A DNA stretch of 63,150 bases from Syntrophobacteraceae bacterium (GCA_035624985.1 DASPQK010000307.1:1-63150); one strand, 5' to 3'. Shown: positions 33,087 to 43,206, counted from the stretch's first letter. The notes: generated by a model from the sequence alone, not told the origin. A program made the numbers and translations.

Positions 33087-33206
33087 GCGCTTAATGTTGG
33101 CATATTTGCCACCGCTTTGCAATCCCTCTTTTCATAACAAGTGACTCCACAAGATCGGTGGCATCAGAGGCGGATCGGATACCATAATCCTGTGGAGAGA
33201 AGCATC

Positions 33207-34937
33207 TTAGATCACCCGAAGAGCTTTGACGATGTCCGAACCGGAGGCGACGCTCTTTACCTCCCTCCGGAATGCATGATGCCGGGGAAATTTCACGAAA
33301 ACGAATTCATGCAGGAGAGACCTTGCTTTTTCGATGCCGCCTGAAATGATGTAGTACTCAGCCAGAGATCCCAGCACGCCGGCGGCCCGATCATACGCGC
33401 CCCGATGCTGGCCGGATACGATCGCCTCAATGCGTGATCGACCAATCTTATCAACCCATGCCCGGTATTCACGCGTCTCCGGTTCACCGGTCTTAACCAA
33501 CTTCAGACCAGTGAGAATCTCCTTATAGGCCTCTTCCGGCTTGGAGCCGTCGTCATCCTCGTCATAATAACCACGACTTTCGGCATACTGTTTCAGCAAG
33601 GTCCTGACAGTGACCGCTTTTGAGGAGTTATCAGTGAGGACTGACAAAATAGAGGCAAAAACGACCCCCGCGTTTCCGGAGGACCAACCAAGATTCTTTT
33701 CGCCCTTAGCTTCACGGAAGGCTTCCTGAAGCCTCCCGGCCATCAGCAGCGCCTTTACATAGAGGTTTCCCCGTCCGTATTTGTCATCCTCTTTTTTCCG
33801 TTCCAGAGAGGAGAGAACCGTCTCTAATTCTTGAAAACGCACGTTCTGTTTCCGGGCTTCGCCAAGCAATTCGAGCAGGTTTCTTTCGTTAGGCACCGAG
33901 AGGAATCGCTCCCGTTTTCCCATCAGTACATATTCGGCTATTTCAAGTCGCTCAGCGGCCATCGTAAAATACTCGGCCGCCTGCTCACGGAATGTCCCAT
34001 TGGGCAGTGCGTCCAAGGCTTCCCTGCATACATCGATCATTTCTTGCCGGTTACCTTCATTTTCCAGGCACTGAATCCAGAATAGATAGCCGCGGGGCTG
34101 CTCGGATTTCCATTTCCTCGCAAGTACTGATATACCATCGACTCCCTTCAGTTTTTGAACGGCTTCCATTCTAAGAACGGACGCCCTGTCACCGGAATAG
34201 CGCGCCAACCTCTTTTCCCAGGCCAGCAGGAAGGTTTCCAAGTCTGTTAACTCGCCAAATCGAGCGTCTATCAAATCCTGCAACATCGGAAATCTCTCGG
34301 ATGGCAGGTCCAGGCGGTAATCGTTAAGCGAAGCGTCGATATTGATGCAGGCCAAAACGGATTCAACCCGCCGCTTCGGATCGACAGTTTCATAGACGCA
34401 ACGGCAATATCTTGCCCTTTCTTCCCGGATGTCCAGTGACTCTGGAGAGGGGTAACCGGCGACCTGACTGTTTTCATCCATGAAATCAAAGAGTGCTCGA
34501 TATAATCGGCTTGCAGTTTCCAACCGGCCATCCAGGAAAATGCCACCCGTTTCCAGAAACAAGTCCTGCAGTTCCTCAACTTGCTCTGAGGTTACGTAAT
34601 CCGGCTCCTCATCATCGTAGCCGACATCTTCCCACTGATCGGGATCATCCCAATAGTCACCGCTTTCAATGGATTCAACTCTTTGCCGGATCTCCTCCCC
34701 AAGAACGGCAATTCTTTCGAGCAAGGCTTCTTCGGGATCTTTACCTGTTTTCTTCTCTCCGGGATCCGGAGCGAGGACCCGGATTTTATCCAAAAAATTT
34801 ACACGCCCCCTTACCGGCGCCTCTTGAGCCAAGTTCAACAATGTTTCAACCAGTTGCTCTTTTGAGAGCCCCTGGCAATGCTCTCTCACAGCTTCAAGAT
34901 ATTGTTTCAGAGGAATTTTGCGCGGGGAATTTTCCAT
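33207..34937 (-). CDS. Uncharacterised 576-aa all-alpha protein with acidic insertions
   Basis: Long clean ORF with no TM or signal peptide. No catalytic motif recognised. Acidic stretches SGDYWDDPDQWEDVGYDDEEPDY and YYDEDDDGSKPEE. Lies inside the tRNA-Leu islet. Confidence 0.6.
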   Translation of the reverse strand: MENSPRKIPLKQYLEAVREHCQGLSKEQLVETLLNLAQEAPVRGRVNFLDKIRVLAPDPGEKKTGKDPEEALLERIAVLGEEIRQRVESIESGDYWDDPDQWEDVGYDDEEPDYVTSEQVEELQDLFLETGGIFLDGRLETASRLYRALFDFMDENSQVAGYPSPESLDIREERARYCRCVYETVDPKRRVESVLACINIDASLNDYRLDLPSERFPMLQDLIDARFGELTDLETFLLAWEKRLARYSGDRASVLRMEAVQKLKGVDGISVLARKWKSEQPRGYLFWIQCLENEGNRQEMIDVCREALDALPNGTFREQAAEYFTMAAERLEIAEYVLMGKRERFLSVPNERNLLELLGEARKQNVRFQELETVLSSLERKKEDDKYGRGNLYVKALLMAGRLQEAFREAKGEKNLGWSSGNAGVVFASILSVLTDNSSKAVTVRTLLKQYAESRGYYDEDDDGSKPEEAYKEILTGLKLVKTGEPETREYRAWVDKIGRSRIEAIVSGQHRGAYDRAAGVLGSLAEYYIISGGIEKARSLLHEFVFVKFPRHHAFRREVKSVASGSDIVKALRVI

Positions 34938-34988
34938 GATCCAGTTACCTCTGGGATTGACGGTTTACACCAGCCAGGATCCCGGCAA

Positions 34989-36056
34989 CTATTCCTGCTC
35001 GGAAGACGGTCTGGCCATCCATGAAGCAGCACTCTGCCGGTTGGAGCCGGCGACCGCTCGTACCGCGATGTCCTGCACTTTGCCGTAGGCGCTTTCCAGT
35101 TGTTCGGTCAGTTTCTCGATCTGTTTCTTCTGCGTTGCCAACGCCTGCTCGAAAGCATCGATCCGTGCTTGAAGGACATTTTTCTCCCCTTCAAACCCTT
35201 TCAACAGCAGTTGTTCATTCTTGGCCGCCTCAGAAGTGAGCTTCATTGTCACTTCATTGACCGCTTTGCTCACAGCGCTTTCGATCTCCTTCGGGAAGGC
35301 GTCCACCTTAGTCTGCAAATCGTTCATCGACTTCTCGCGCTCGCCAACCGCCTGCTCCCGCTCCTTGAGTTCGACTTCCTTGGCCTTCGTCTGTTTATCA
35401 AATTCTTCCTTCTTTTCCCGGAGGTCCTTCTCAAGCTTGCTGATTTCGTCATTGAGCGCGTTTATCTTCTGCTCCTTTTCACGTGCCGTCTTATATTCGT
35501 ACTCCTCTTTTTCGCGCCGCCGCCGCTTATCTTCCTGCTCTCTCTGGTCTTTCAACTCTTCGGTATATTGTTTCTTTTGACTCTCCCACCCGGCCTTCAC
35601 CTGGCTTATCTCCTGTTCAAGAGATTGCTTTCGCTTCGCCATTTCGTCTTCGAACCATATCTTTTGCTGCTTTTGCGCTTCGAGGAGAGCGGCCAGAGTG
35701 AAGGCGGATTTTTCAATCTCAAAAAGCTCGCGCAGTTCAGCTTCCTTGAGATCAATCGCTTTTTTGAGCTTAGTGTAACGTTCCGTTTCTCCCTCGAGTT
35801 TGATGGCAATGTCAGTCAATGCCTTGCCGGTTTCGCCTATCAGTTCGTTTACCGTCTTGATCACCGCGTGCGTCGTGAGCGCGTCGGCGGTTTGTAATAC
35901 CTCTTGCTTTTCTCGTTCCGCTTTTGCTTTCTCCGGCTTTAGCTCGGTTTGAGCCTTGGTTTCAAGCGATTTGAGAAGATCGTTGTATGCATCGAGTATT
36001 TCTTTTTTGGTGCTGGTGGCGGTGATGCCTGGAACGCCTTCTGATTTCGTGGGCAT
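34989..36056 (-). CDS. Uncharacterised 355-aa K/E-rich coiled-coil protein
   Basis: ATG 36056 after a GGAGA RBS (ORF open to 36128). Almost entirely heptad-like. 51 nt upstream of the 576-aa gene on the same strand. Confidence 0.6.
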   Translation of the reverse strand: MPTKSEGVPGITATSTKKEILDAYNDLLKSLETKAQTELKPEKAKAEREKQEVLQTADALTTHAVIKTVNELIGETGKALTDIAIKLEGETERYTKLKKAIDLKEAELRELFEIEKSAFTLAALLEAQKQQKIWFEDEMAKRKQSLEQEISQVKAGWESQKKQYTEELKDQREQEDKRRRREKEEYEYKTAREKEQKINALNDEISKLEKDLREKKEEFDKQTKAKEVELKEREQAVGEREKSMNDLQTKVDAFPKEIESAVSKAVNEVTMKLTSEAAKNEQLLLKGFEGEKNVLQARIDAFEQALATQKKQIEKLTEQLESAYGKVQDIAVRAVAGSNRQSAASWMARPSSEQE

Positions 36057-36493
36057 GGCTGTCTCCATGAATGGTTGATGATAAAACCAGACTCTGTTCC
36101 TAACGAACTGTCCTTCCGTCCCCGGCAAAGCTCAGGCCTCTTAATATAGCGGAAAGCAGCTCGAAAGCAAGACAAGGCTTTCTTGATTCCACCCTGTTGC
36201 GTCATCGTAGACCAGATAAGGTGCATTTCCTCCTTGTTTGACTCTTAGAGCTTGCGTGGGGGGCTCAGCGGCCTCCTTTCTCTTTCTGTCCGGGTAAAAA
36301 AAGCCATTTAGGTGCTGTTTTCTTGAGTGCTAACCGTCGGCCGGCAGATCTCCTCACAAATTGTTCCTTATAACCGATGCCGAAGTCCTTCCTCGGCAGA
36401 TGGACCGTAAGTAGTTGATTCTGCTAGGCATGAGTTGGATTGGCGAAGTGGCGGTACGCGATAATCTATTGAGTTTAGTGAGAATTTTGGCAG

Positions 36494-36576
36494 TGCCGAA
36501 GGCCGGACTCGAACCGGCACGGGTCTCCCCACCACCCCCTCAAGATGGCGTGTCTACCAACTTCCACCACTTCGGC
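36494..36576 (-). tRNA. tRNA-Leu (anticodon GAG), class II with long variable arm; CCA not encoded
   Basis: Hand-folded: acceptor GCCGAAG/CTTCGGC, D-arm GTG/CAC, anticodon stem CCATC/GGTGG with loop TTGAGGG, variable arm TGGGGAGACCCGT, T-arm GCCGG-TTCGAGT-CCGGC, discriminator A. 83 nt. Confidence 0.9.
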
Positions 36577-36733
36577 AGCGTGCAGCATTATAGAGGAACA
36601 GCACGACTTTTGCAACCCCTTCTTGCGACATCTTGTTGAAACGCCCGATGCAAGTCGTTACCTGTTGCTATTGTTCGGTTTTGGTTCTATATTTGATGAA
36701 AGTGCCAACTGACTGGAGACTTAAAAGAGCTGC

Positions 36734-37618
36734 ATGTCACATTTCGATTACTATGAAACACTTGGCGTCTCGCAGGACGCATCGGCCGAAGAGATCAAGA
36801 AGGCGTACCGCAGGCTGGCCCTTGAAACTCATCCGGACCGAAATCCCGGTGATGCCCGTGCAGAAGAACGCTTCAAGAAAATTAATGAAGCCTACGGAGT
36901 GCTTTCCGATTCCATTAAGCGATCCCAGTATGACCAGCACCTGCGCTCGGGATCTGAGCCGGGAAGGACTTGGGGAAGCGGCTTCGGATATTCGCAGGAT
37001 GAAATTTTCAGGGATTTTTTCATGGGCGGCCATTCCCGGGACATCTTTGAGGACTTGGAAAAAGAGTTTGCGCGCATGGGAGTGAGGTTCGATTCCGCCT
37101 TTATTGACAACCTGTTTTTCGGCGGGAGAAACATTTTCTATCAGGGTTTTGTTTTCGGCCCAAGCAGGATTCGAGTGGTTCGCATCGGCAGGCCATTCAT
37201 GCTGAGACAACGAGCATCCCGCCCTGCTGCCGCTCGGTCCCCGGGACTTTTCAAACCGGCAAAGCCAAAGGGTGAGTCGGGATCTTCTTTGCTTGGAAGG
37301 ATGGTGAAGAAGGCCTGGCAATATGTGCTGAAGAATTTTTCAGGCAGCGAGCCAAATATCGGGCGGGAAGAAAGGCCGGCTCGGGGATCCCTTGGGCATG
37401 AATTGACATACAATTTGCGGATTACTCAAGGACAGGCGCAGTTTGGCGATGTCGTGCAAATCAATCTGCCCCATTATGGAAGCGGCAAACTGATTTCGGT
37501 GCGAATTCCCCCGGGGGTAAAGACGGGGACAAGGCTACGGCTAAAGGACATGGGAAATCTCCTTCCCGGCAGTCGCCTGCGCAGAGGCGACGTCTACATC
37601 GTTTTGCAAGTCACCTGA
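36734..37618 (+). CDS. J-domain co-chaperone (CbpA/DnaJ-like, no zinc finger)
   Basis: [36 protein letters not shown] (HPD motif). DnaJ_C-like end ([16 protein letters not shown]...GDVYIVLQV). Confidence 0.85.
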   Translation: MSHFDYYETLGVSQDASAEEIKKAYRRLALETHPDRNPGDARAEERFKKINEAYGVLSDSIKRSQYDQHLRSGSEPGRTWGSGFGYSQDEIFRDFFMGGHSRDIFEDLEKEFARMGVRFDSAFIDNLFFGGRNIFYQGFVFGPSRIRVVRIGRPFMLRQRASRPAAARSPGLFKPAKPKGESGSSLLGRMVKKAWQYVLKNFSGSEPNIGREERPARGSLGHELTYNLRITQGQAQFGDVVQINLPHYGSGKLISVRIPPGVKTGTRLRLKDMGNLLPGSRLRRGDVYIVLQVT

Positions 37619-37635
37619 ACGAGGCTGCCAGGTTC

Positions 37636-37656
37636 AAAATTCCGATTCCGAATTTT
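37636..37656. promoter_or_regulatory. Perfect 7-bp inverted repeat upstream of copZ (candidate operator)
   Basis: aaaattc-cgattcc-gaatttt, ~45 nt upstream of the copZ ATG. Confidence 0.25.
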
Positions 37657-37698
37657 CGATTTTTTGTCAAAGACAATATCTTCGAAAGGGTAAAGCGC

Positions 37699-37896
37699 AT
37701 GAGAACTGTAAAAATCAAAGGGATGTCTTGCCAGCATTGCGTTAGGACGGTGAAGAAGACCCTGGAGGAAATTGAGGGAATACAAAACGTCGCCGTGGAT
37801 ATGGAGACGGGGGAGGCTACTTTCGAAGAGGTCCGCCCGGTGGACGGCGACCTTATCAGGGAGAGGATCAAGAAAGCCGGTTATGAGCTTGGCTAA
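37699..37896 (+). CDS. copZ: Copper chaperone CopZ (HMA domain)
   Basis: VKIKGMSCQHCVRTVKKTLEEIEG: MxCxxC heavy-metal-associated fold. 65 aa. Confidence 0.88.
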   Translation: MRTVKIKGMSCQHCVRTVKKTLEEIEGIQNVAVDMETGEATFEEVRPVDGDLIRERIKKAGYELG

Positions 37897-40183
37897 GCAA
37901 GGAGTGCAAGAAATCGAGAAAGTAGATAAGGACCGCAGGAAGACTGCCGTTCTTGTGGGAGGAATGAGCTGCGCGGCATGTATCAGGCGGGTGGAAAATG
38001 CCCTCAGCACTGTCCCCGGTGTTGAGAACGCAGCGGTAAACCTTGCCACGTCCAGGGCTACCATAGACTATTCACACCGGCTTACCGACTGGTCGGCCAT
38101 AAGGAGGGCAATAGAACAGGCGGGATACGAATACCTCGGGGTCTACCGGGAAGAGGCCGGAGATCCAGCCGAGGCTGCACGGTTAAAAGAGATTGCCGAG
38201 ATGAAACATAAGGTGGCGGTGGGCGCTGTGCTGAGTGTCCTGGTAATGGCAGGCACAATGCAGCATTTTTTCCCGGTTCTGTACGCCGTTCCCCGCCGGG
38301 TGATGCTTTATATTCTTCTGGTTCTCAGCACGCCAGCGGTTTTCTGGGTGGGGGACCGGTTTCTTAAAGGAGCGCTCAAAGCCACACTCGTCAAAACTGC
38401 GGACATGAACACCCTGGTCGCCATCGGCTCTCTTTCCTCATATATCTATTCAGTTTTTGCAACTATTTTCCCGCACTTCTTTTCAGCCCCAGGCGGCGAA
38501 CCGCCTGTCTACTTCGACGGCGCGGCCATGATCGTAACGCTTGTGCTGCTGGGCAGGTTTCTCGAGCTTAAGGCCAGGGGCAGGACTTCGGAAGCCATAA
38601 AAAGGCTGATGAGACTCACGCCCAAAATGGCGCGGGTTATACGGGACGGCGCCGAGATGGACATTGCTGTCGAGGAAGTGCTGCGCGGCGATTCTATCGT
38701 GGTCAGGCCCGGTGACCGGATACCCACTGACGGAAGCGTGGTATCCGGAGAATCTTCCGTAAATGAGTCAATGCTCACGGGCGAGAGTATGCCGGTTTCT
38801 AAGAAGCATTCCGATGAGGTGTTTGCCGGGACCATCAACCAGAGTGGGAGTTTCGTTTTCAAAGCCACCAGGATTGGGGCTGAAACGGCCCTGGCGCGAA
38901 TCATCCACCTAGTCGAGGAGGCTCAGGGGTCCAAAGCCCCTATAGAAAGATTCGCCGACAAAGTCGCATCCGTTTTCGCCCCGGTGGTTATCTCCATTGC
39001 GCTCTTTACATTCATCATCTGGTATTTCGCAGTGCCGGGGCACATTCTTAGCCGCGCACTTCTCAATTTCGTGTCGGTTCTCATAATTTCATGTCCTTGC
39101 GCAATGGGGCTGGCTACGCCGACTGCCGTGATGGTGGGCGCCGGTCTAGGTGCGGAAAACGGAATACTCATAAAGGGTGGAGAAAGCCTCGAAGGCGCGT
39201 GCCACCTCACTACGACAGTATTCGACAAGACCGGCACCATAACCAGGGGAGAACCTGAAGTAACCGATATCGTCCCGGCCGGAGGGTTTTGCGAGGCTGA
39301 TGTTCTTAGCATGGCCGCTTCAGTGGAGTGTCTGTCGGAACACCCGCTGGCAAAGGCGATAGTCAAGAGCGCGCTCGATAGAAATGGTGGACCGGGCAGG
39401 AGTTGGGATATGGTCCTCGGTTTTGAATCTGTCTCCGGGCTGGGTTCGCGGGCCAGGCTGGGCGGCAGCAAAATCATCATCGGAAGCCGTAAGTTTATCG
39501 AGTCGGAAGGGGTAAGCACCGGCGCACTCGACCGGGACGTCGCGACGCTGGAGGAAGCCGGGAAAACATGTGTCTTTGTGGCAAAAGACGAAAAGCCTGC
39601 CGGGGTCATCGCCCTTGCCGATGCGATCAGGCCTACGGCGAAGGAAGCCGTATCCCTCCTAAGGAGCATGGGTCTTGAGGTAATGATGATGACCGGCGAC
39701 AGGCGGCAGACAGCGCAGGCAATTGCTCGCCAGGCAGGAATCGAGCGGGTGCTCTCCGAGGTCCTTCCTGGGGACAAGGCCGGCGAAATCCGGCGGCTTC
39801 AATCGGAGGGCAGGGTCACGGCCATGGTGGGAGACGGCATCAATGACGCTCCGGCCCTTGCATCGGCAGACATTGGAATTGCAATGGGCGCAGGCGCGGA
39901 CATCGCTATCGAGGCTAGCGATATCACTCTGATGCGGGACGATCTCCTGCTGGTCCCTTCAGCTATAAAGCTTTCTTCGCTGACCATGCGGATCGTTAAG
40001 CAGAACCTTTTCTGGGCCTTTTTTTACAACTCGGCAGGCATTCCGATTGCTGCCGGGGCGCTCTTTCCCTTTTTCGGCATTTTGCTCAATCCTATGTTCG
40101 CTGCCGCAGCAATGGCCATGAGCTCGGTTTCGGTGGTCTCGAACGCACTGCGCCTGCGGCGAATCTGGGGGAAGCGCTCTTGA
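37883..40183 (+). CDS. copA: Copper-translocating P1B-type ATPase CopA
   Basis: One HMA domain (GMSCAACIRRVENAL), TGES, CPC (SCPCAMGLATP), DKTGT, GDGINDAP. Start ATG 37883 overlaps the copZ end. Confidence 0.93.
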   Translation: MSLAKQGVQEIEKVDKDRRKTAVLVGGMSCAACIRRVENALSTVPGVENAAVNLATSRATIDYSHRLTDWSAIRRAIEQAGYEYLGVYREEAGDPAEAARLKEIAEMKHKVAVGAVLSVLVMAGTMQHFFPVLYAVPRRVMLYILLVLSTPAVFWVGDRFLKGALKATLVKTADMNTLVAIGSLSSYIYSVFATIFPHFFSAPGGEPPVYFDGAAMIVTLVLLGRFLELKARGRTSEAIKRLMRLTPKMARVIRDGAEMDIAVEEVLRGDSIVVRPGDRIPTDGSVVSGESSVNESMLTGESMPVSKKHSDEVFAGTINQSGSFVFKATRIGAETALARIIHLVEEAQGSKAPIERFADKVASVFAPVVISIALFTFIIWYFAVPGHILSRALLNFVSVLIISCPCAMGLATPTAVMVGAGLGAENGILIKGGESLEGACHLTTTVFDKTGTITRGEPEVTDIVPAGGFCEADVLSMAASVECLSEHPLAKAIVKSALDRNGGPGRSWDMVLGFESVSGLGSRARLGGSKIIIGSRKFIESEGVSTGALDRDVATLEEAGKTCVFVAKDEKPAGVIALADAIRPTAKEAVSLLRSMGLEVMMMTGDRRQTAQAIARQAGIERVLSEVLPGDKAGEIRRLQSEGRVTAMVGDGINDAPALASADIGIAMGAGADIAIEASDITLMRDDLLLVPSAIKLSSLTMRIVKQNLFWAFFYNSAGIPIAAGALFPFFGILLNPMFAAAAMAMSSVSVVSNALRLRRIWGKRS

Positions 40184-40260
40184 TTGCGTGCTGACGGCCT
40201 TTTATATTATGGCCCTTGCTGTTCCAGTAATGACGATACTCATACTTATAAGGAGGAGAA

Positions 40261-40422
40261 ATGGATCGATACGTATGTACGGTGTGCGGCTACGTCTATG
40301 ATCCGGCTGTCGGCGATCCTGACAACGGGATACCCGCCGGCACTAAGTTCGATGAGCTGCCCGATGATTGGGTTTGCCCCGTCTGCGGCGCACCCAAGCA
40401 AGACTTCGAAAAAGAAAAATGA
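40261..40422 (+). CDS. Rubredoxin (53 aa; below the ORF-track length cut-off)
   Basis: [64 protein letters not shown], with two CxxCG knuckles. Confidence 0.9.
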   Translation: MDRYVCTVCGYVYDPAVGDPDNGIPAGTKFDELPDDWVCPVCGAPKQDFEKEK

Positions 40423-40961
40423 TGCGGGAACTATCTTATGGGGAGGTCTGCAAGGTGGGCTACGGTTTCAATGCGGCAGAGGTTTTTAGAGTTGCCATTC
40501 AGGTAGAAGAAAACGGCAGGAGATTCTATGAAGAAAGCCGCAAGAACATAGAAAGCGCTGAAATCAAGGAGCTTTTATACGACCTGTCCCAGCAGGAGAT
40601 CGCTCACAAAACGAAGTTCGAAACCCTTCTTGCCGAGCTTCCTTGCGAGTCTAAGATTGCCACCGTCTGGGACCCTCAAAATGAAATAGATCAGTACATC
40701 GGGATGATGGCGGCCGATCATGTTTTCGTATCGAGCCAAGAGGTTGAAGATCGGGTCAGCCGACTCAGGGACGCCGCTGACGCCCTCAAGCTGGCGATAG
40801 AATTTGAAAAGGACTCGATAATTTTCTTCCTCAGCTTTGAGGATGCCATGTCACGCGAAAGTGACCGGCAACTCATAAAAAGTCTGATTAAAGAAGAGCA
40901 AGAGCACCTTAGACGGCTTACATTAGAGTTGAGGAAAATCACGAATAAACGGATTGAGTAA
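40419..40961 (+). CDS. Ferritin-like/rubrerythrin-family di-iron protein (no rubredoxin domain)
   Basis: ATGATG overlaps the rubredoxin stop. ExxH-type helices [47 protein letters not shown]. Confidence 0.7.
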   Translation: MMRELSYGEVCKVGYGFNAAEVFRVAIQVEENGRRFYEESRKNIESAEIKELLYDLSQQEIAHKTKFETLLAELPCESKIATVWDPQNEIDQYIGMMAADHVFVSSQEVEDRVSRLRDAADALKLAIEFEKDSIIFFLSFEDAMSRESDRQLIKSLIKEEQEHLRRLTLELRKITNKRIE

Positions 40962-41048
40962 ATAAGGATTTGATTCGCAGGTCTGCAATGAGGTCTCCTC
41001 GGGAGGCTGCTCAAGATCGGCGATGAAGTTGATGGTATAGCAGGCAGG

Positions 41049-41278
41049 ATCAAGATCTTCTCGACTCCGGGGTGCGGTCTTTGCAACCAGGCTAAGAAGT
41101 AGTTTACCGGGAAGGGTGTCGAAGTCGACCTGTGGATGTGACCAGGGACAGCGAAGCATTGCTGGAGATGAGAAAACTTGCGGGAGGCGTTCGGAGCACG
41201 CCAGTGATCTCCGTTTGCGATAAAGTGTTTATCGGGTTGACCCGGAAAGAACTGGAGGAAGCCTCAAGCTGCCTCTGA
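41049..41278 (+). pseudogene. Glutaredoxin-like (YruB/NrdH-type) gene remnant with in-frame TAG and a frameshift
   Basis: IKIFSTPGCGLCNQAKK-TAG(41100)-FTGKGVEVDLW, then a frame switch to DVTRDSEALLEMRKLAGGVRSTPVISVCDKVFIGLTRKELEEA. No usable start codon. Confidence 0.55.
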
Positions 41279-41485
41279 AACGCAAGATGGAGGACGGAGA
41301 TCGGGCAATCTTACGAGTTAACATAACGCGTAGGACTTATAGTATATACAGGCCGCCCTCTCTTCGGTCCTCTGCTCTCCGTCCTCTGTCTTTACATTTG
41401 ACCTCGTTTCAGTTGTATGCTAGACTGCATGTTTGGGGAATCGAGCACAGCATTTGAACATCAGGGTCCTAAGGGATGAAGGTCC

Positions 41486-41695
41486 ATGTCTGGAGCGGGC
41501 GAGATTTTATGCGAAGGCCTTAAGCGAAGTTTAAGCAGTATGCTGCCATGGGACATACCCTGGTATGATCCAAGTCATTTAATATTTTTTGCAGCCCTTT
41601 ACGGGGCTCTTTCTGCAATTGTGATAGGCGTGATTTCCGCCCTTATTCTGACCGTTAAGCGTCTTAAGTCAGGGGAAGATGGTTCGCATCATTGA
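41486..41695 (+). CDS. Small single-TM hypothetical protein
   Basis: 69 aa with one helix (LIFFAALYGALSAIVIGVISALILTV). Weak RBS. No homology recognised. Confidence 0.3.
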   Translation: MSGAGEILCEGLKRSLSSMLPWDIPWYDPSHLIFFAALYGALSAIVIGVISALILTVKRLKSGEDGSHH

Positions 41696-41835
41696 GGCGG
41701 GCACGGGTAAACTTAGCATTGTCTTTTTCGAGCGAGGGTCTTTGTGGATGAGATTGCCGGGCCTTCGCTTTTATTTTCCTGCTCCTTATCTGTTGCGGAA
41801 ATGTGAAGGTAATTTCGAGATCGAGTGAGAAATTC

Positions 41836-43206
41836 ATGCTTCAAAAGATTTTCAGAGAATATGACTTACGTGGAGTTGCCGGGTCTGAAATTACCGACTC
41901 GGATGTGTCTACCCTTGGCAGGGCATTTGGAACATACATGGAGCGCCAGGGTAAAAGGCGAATCGTAGTAGGCAGAGACTGCCGTCTTACGTCCGAGAGG
42001 TTTCGCGATCTTCTGGTCGGCGGGTTGCTTCAATCAGGAATGGACGTTGTCGATATAGGCGTTTGCCCCACGCCGCTTTTCTATTTTGCGATCAGGCATC
42101 TGGAGCGCGAGGGCGGAATGATGATTACCGCCAGTCATAATCCTGCCGAGTATAACGGCTTTAAGATCTGCAACGGATTTGACACCATCGCCGGGGCTGA
42201 GATTCAGAAGTTCGCTCACATAGCGCATTCCGGAGACTTCATAGCAAAAGAAGGAAGGCTGGATCGGTTTGACATACTGACCCCGTACATAGATTTTGTT
42301 ACTGCCACCATTCGGCTCGACAACAAACTCAGAGTCGGGGTCGACGCCGGCAATGGGACGGGCGGTCCCGTGGCCACCGTCATTTTGGAGAAGTTGGGCT
42401 GCCAAATATACCCGATTTACTGTGATATGGACGGCACTTTTCCTAATCATGATCCGGACCCCACGGTAATGGAAAACCTGGCTGACCTGCGTAACCTGGT
42501 GCTCAGGGAGCGGCTCGATGTCGGCCTCACTTACGACGGTGACAGCGACAGGCTGGGCGTGCTCGATCATCGAGGCGAGGTAGTCTTCGGCGACAAACTT
42601 ATGATCATCTTCGCAAGGGATATTTTATCCAGGCGGCCCGGGTCGGTTTTCATCTCCGAGGTCAAGTGTTCCAAGACCCTTTATGATGATATCGAGAGGC
42701 ATGGGGGCCAGGCCATTATGTGGAAAACCGGCCATTCGCTCATAAAAGCCAAAATGAAAGAAGTGGACGCTCAACTTGCCGGTGAGATGAGCGGCCACTT
42801 TTTTTTCAAGGACGGATATTTCGGCTATGATGATGGGATATTCGCATCGTGCAGACTACTCGATGTACTCTCCAGGACTGCGAAAAGAATTCCCGAACTT
42901 CTTGATGGGGTCCCATCCATGCACACCACGCCCGAGATACGGATCGAGTGTCCGGATGAGATAAAGTTCGAAGTCGTCGAAAGGGCAAAAAAGCAATTTA
43001 AGGAGAAAAACTTCAAAGTAATAGATATAGATGGCGCCAGGATCACTTTCCCTGACGGTTGGGGCCTTGTGCGAGCGTCCAATACGCAGCCCGTTCTCGT
43101 CTTGCGCTATGAGGCCGAGACCATGGAAAGGCTGGGAGAGATCGGTGATCTGATCGAGTCAACGATCCGGGGAATAAGAGGAGAGTATTCAGAAAGAAAT
43201 GAATGA
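41836..43206 (+). CDS. Phosphomannomutase/phosphoglucomutase
   Basis: Active-site ITASHNPAEYNGFK, Mg loop DGDSDR, sugar-binding GEMSGH. Start at MLQKIFREYDLRGV. Confidence 0.9.
   Translation: MLQKIFREYDLRGVAGSEITDSDVSTLGRAFGTYMERQGKRRIVVGRDCRLTSERFRDLLVGGLLQSGMDVVDIGVCPTPLFYFAIRHLEREGGMMITASHNPAEYNGFKICNGFDTIAGAEIQKFAHIAHSGDFIAKEGRLDRFDILTPYIDFVTATIRLDNKLRVGVDAGNGTGGPVATVILEKLGCQIYPIYCDMDGTFPNHDPDPTVMENLADLRNLVLRERLDVGLTYDGDSDRLGVLDHRGEVVFGDKLMIIFARDILSRRPGSVFISEVKCSKTLYDDIERHGGQAIMWKTGHSLIKAKMKEVDAQLAGEMSGHFFFKDGYFGYDDGIFASCRLLDVLSRTAKRIPELLDGVPSMHTTPEIRIECPDEIKFEVVERAKKQFKEKNFKVIDIDGARITFPDGWGLVRASNTQPVLVLRYEAETMERLGEIGDLIESTIRGIRGEYSERNE

Noticed and set aside
33207-34937. Apparent Walker-A-like GEKKTGKD in the 576-aa islet protein, which would suggest an NTPase.
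   Set aside because: It lies in a charged, probably disordered linker. It lacks the S/T after GK. No Walker B or other NTPase motifs follow.
41100-41102. The in-frame TAG in the glutaredoxin-like sequence read as pyrrolysine or read-through recoding.
   Set aside because: The same gene also needs a frameshift ~35 nt downstream and lacks a start codon. Multiple lesions point to a pseudogene rather than programmed recoding.
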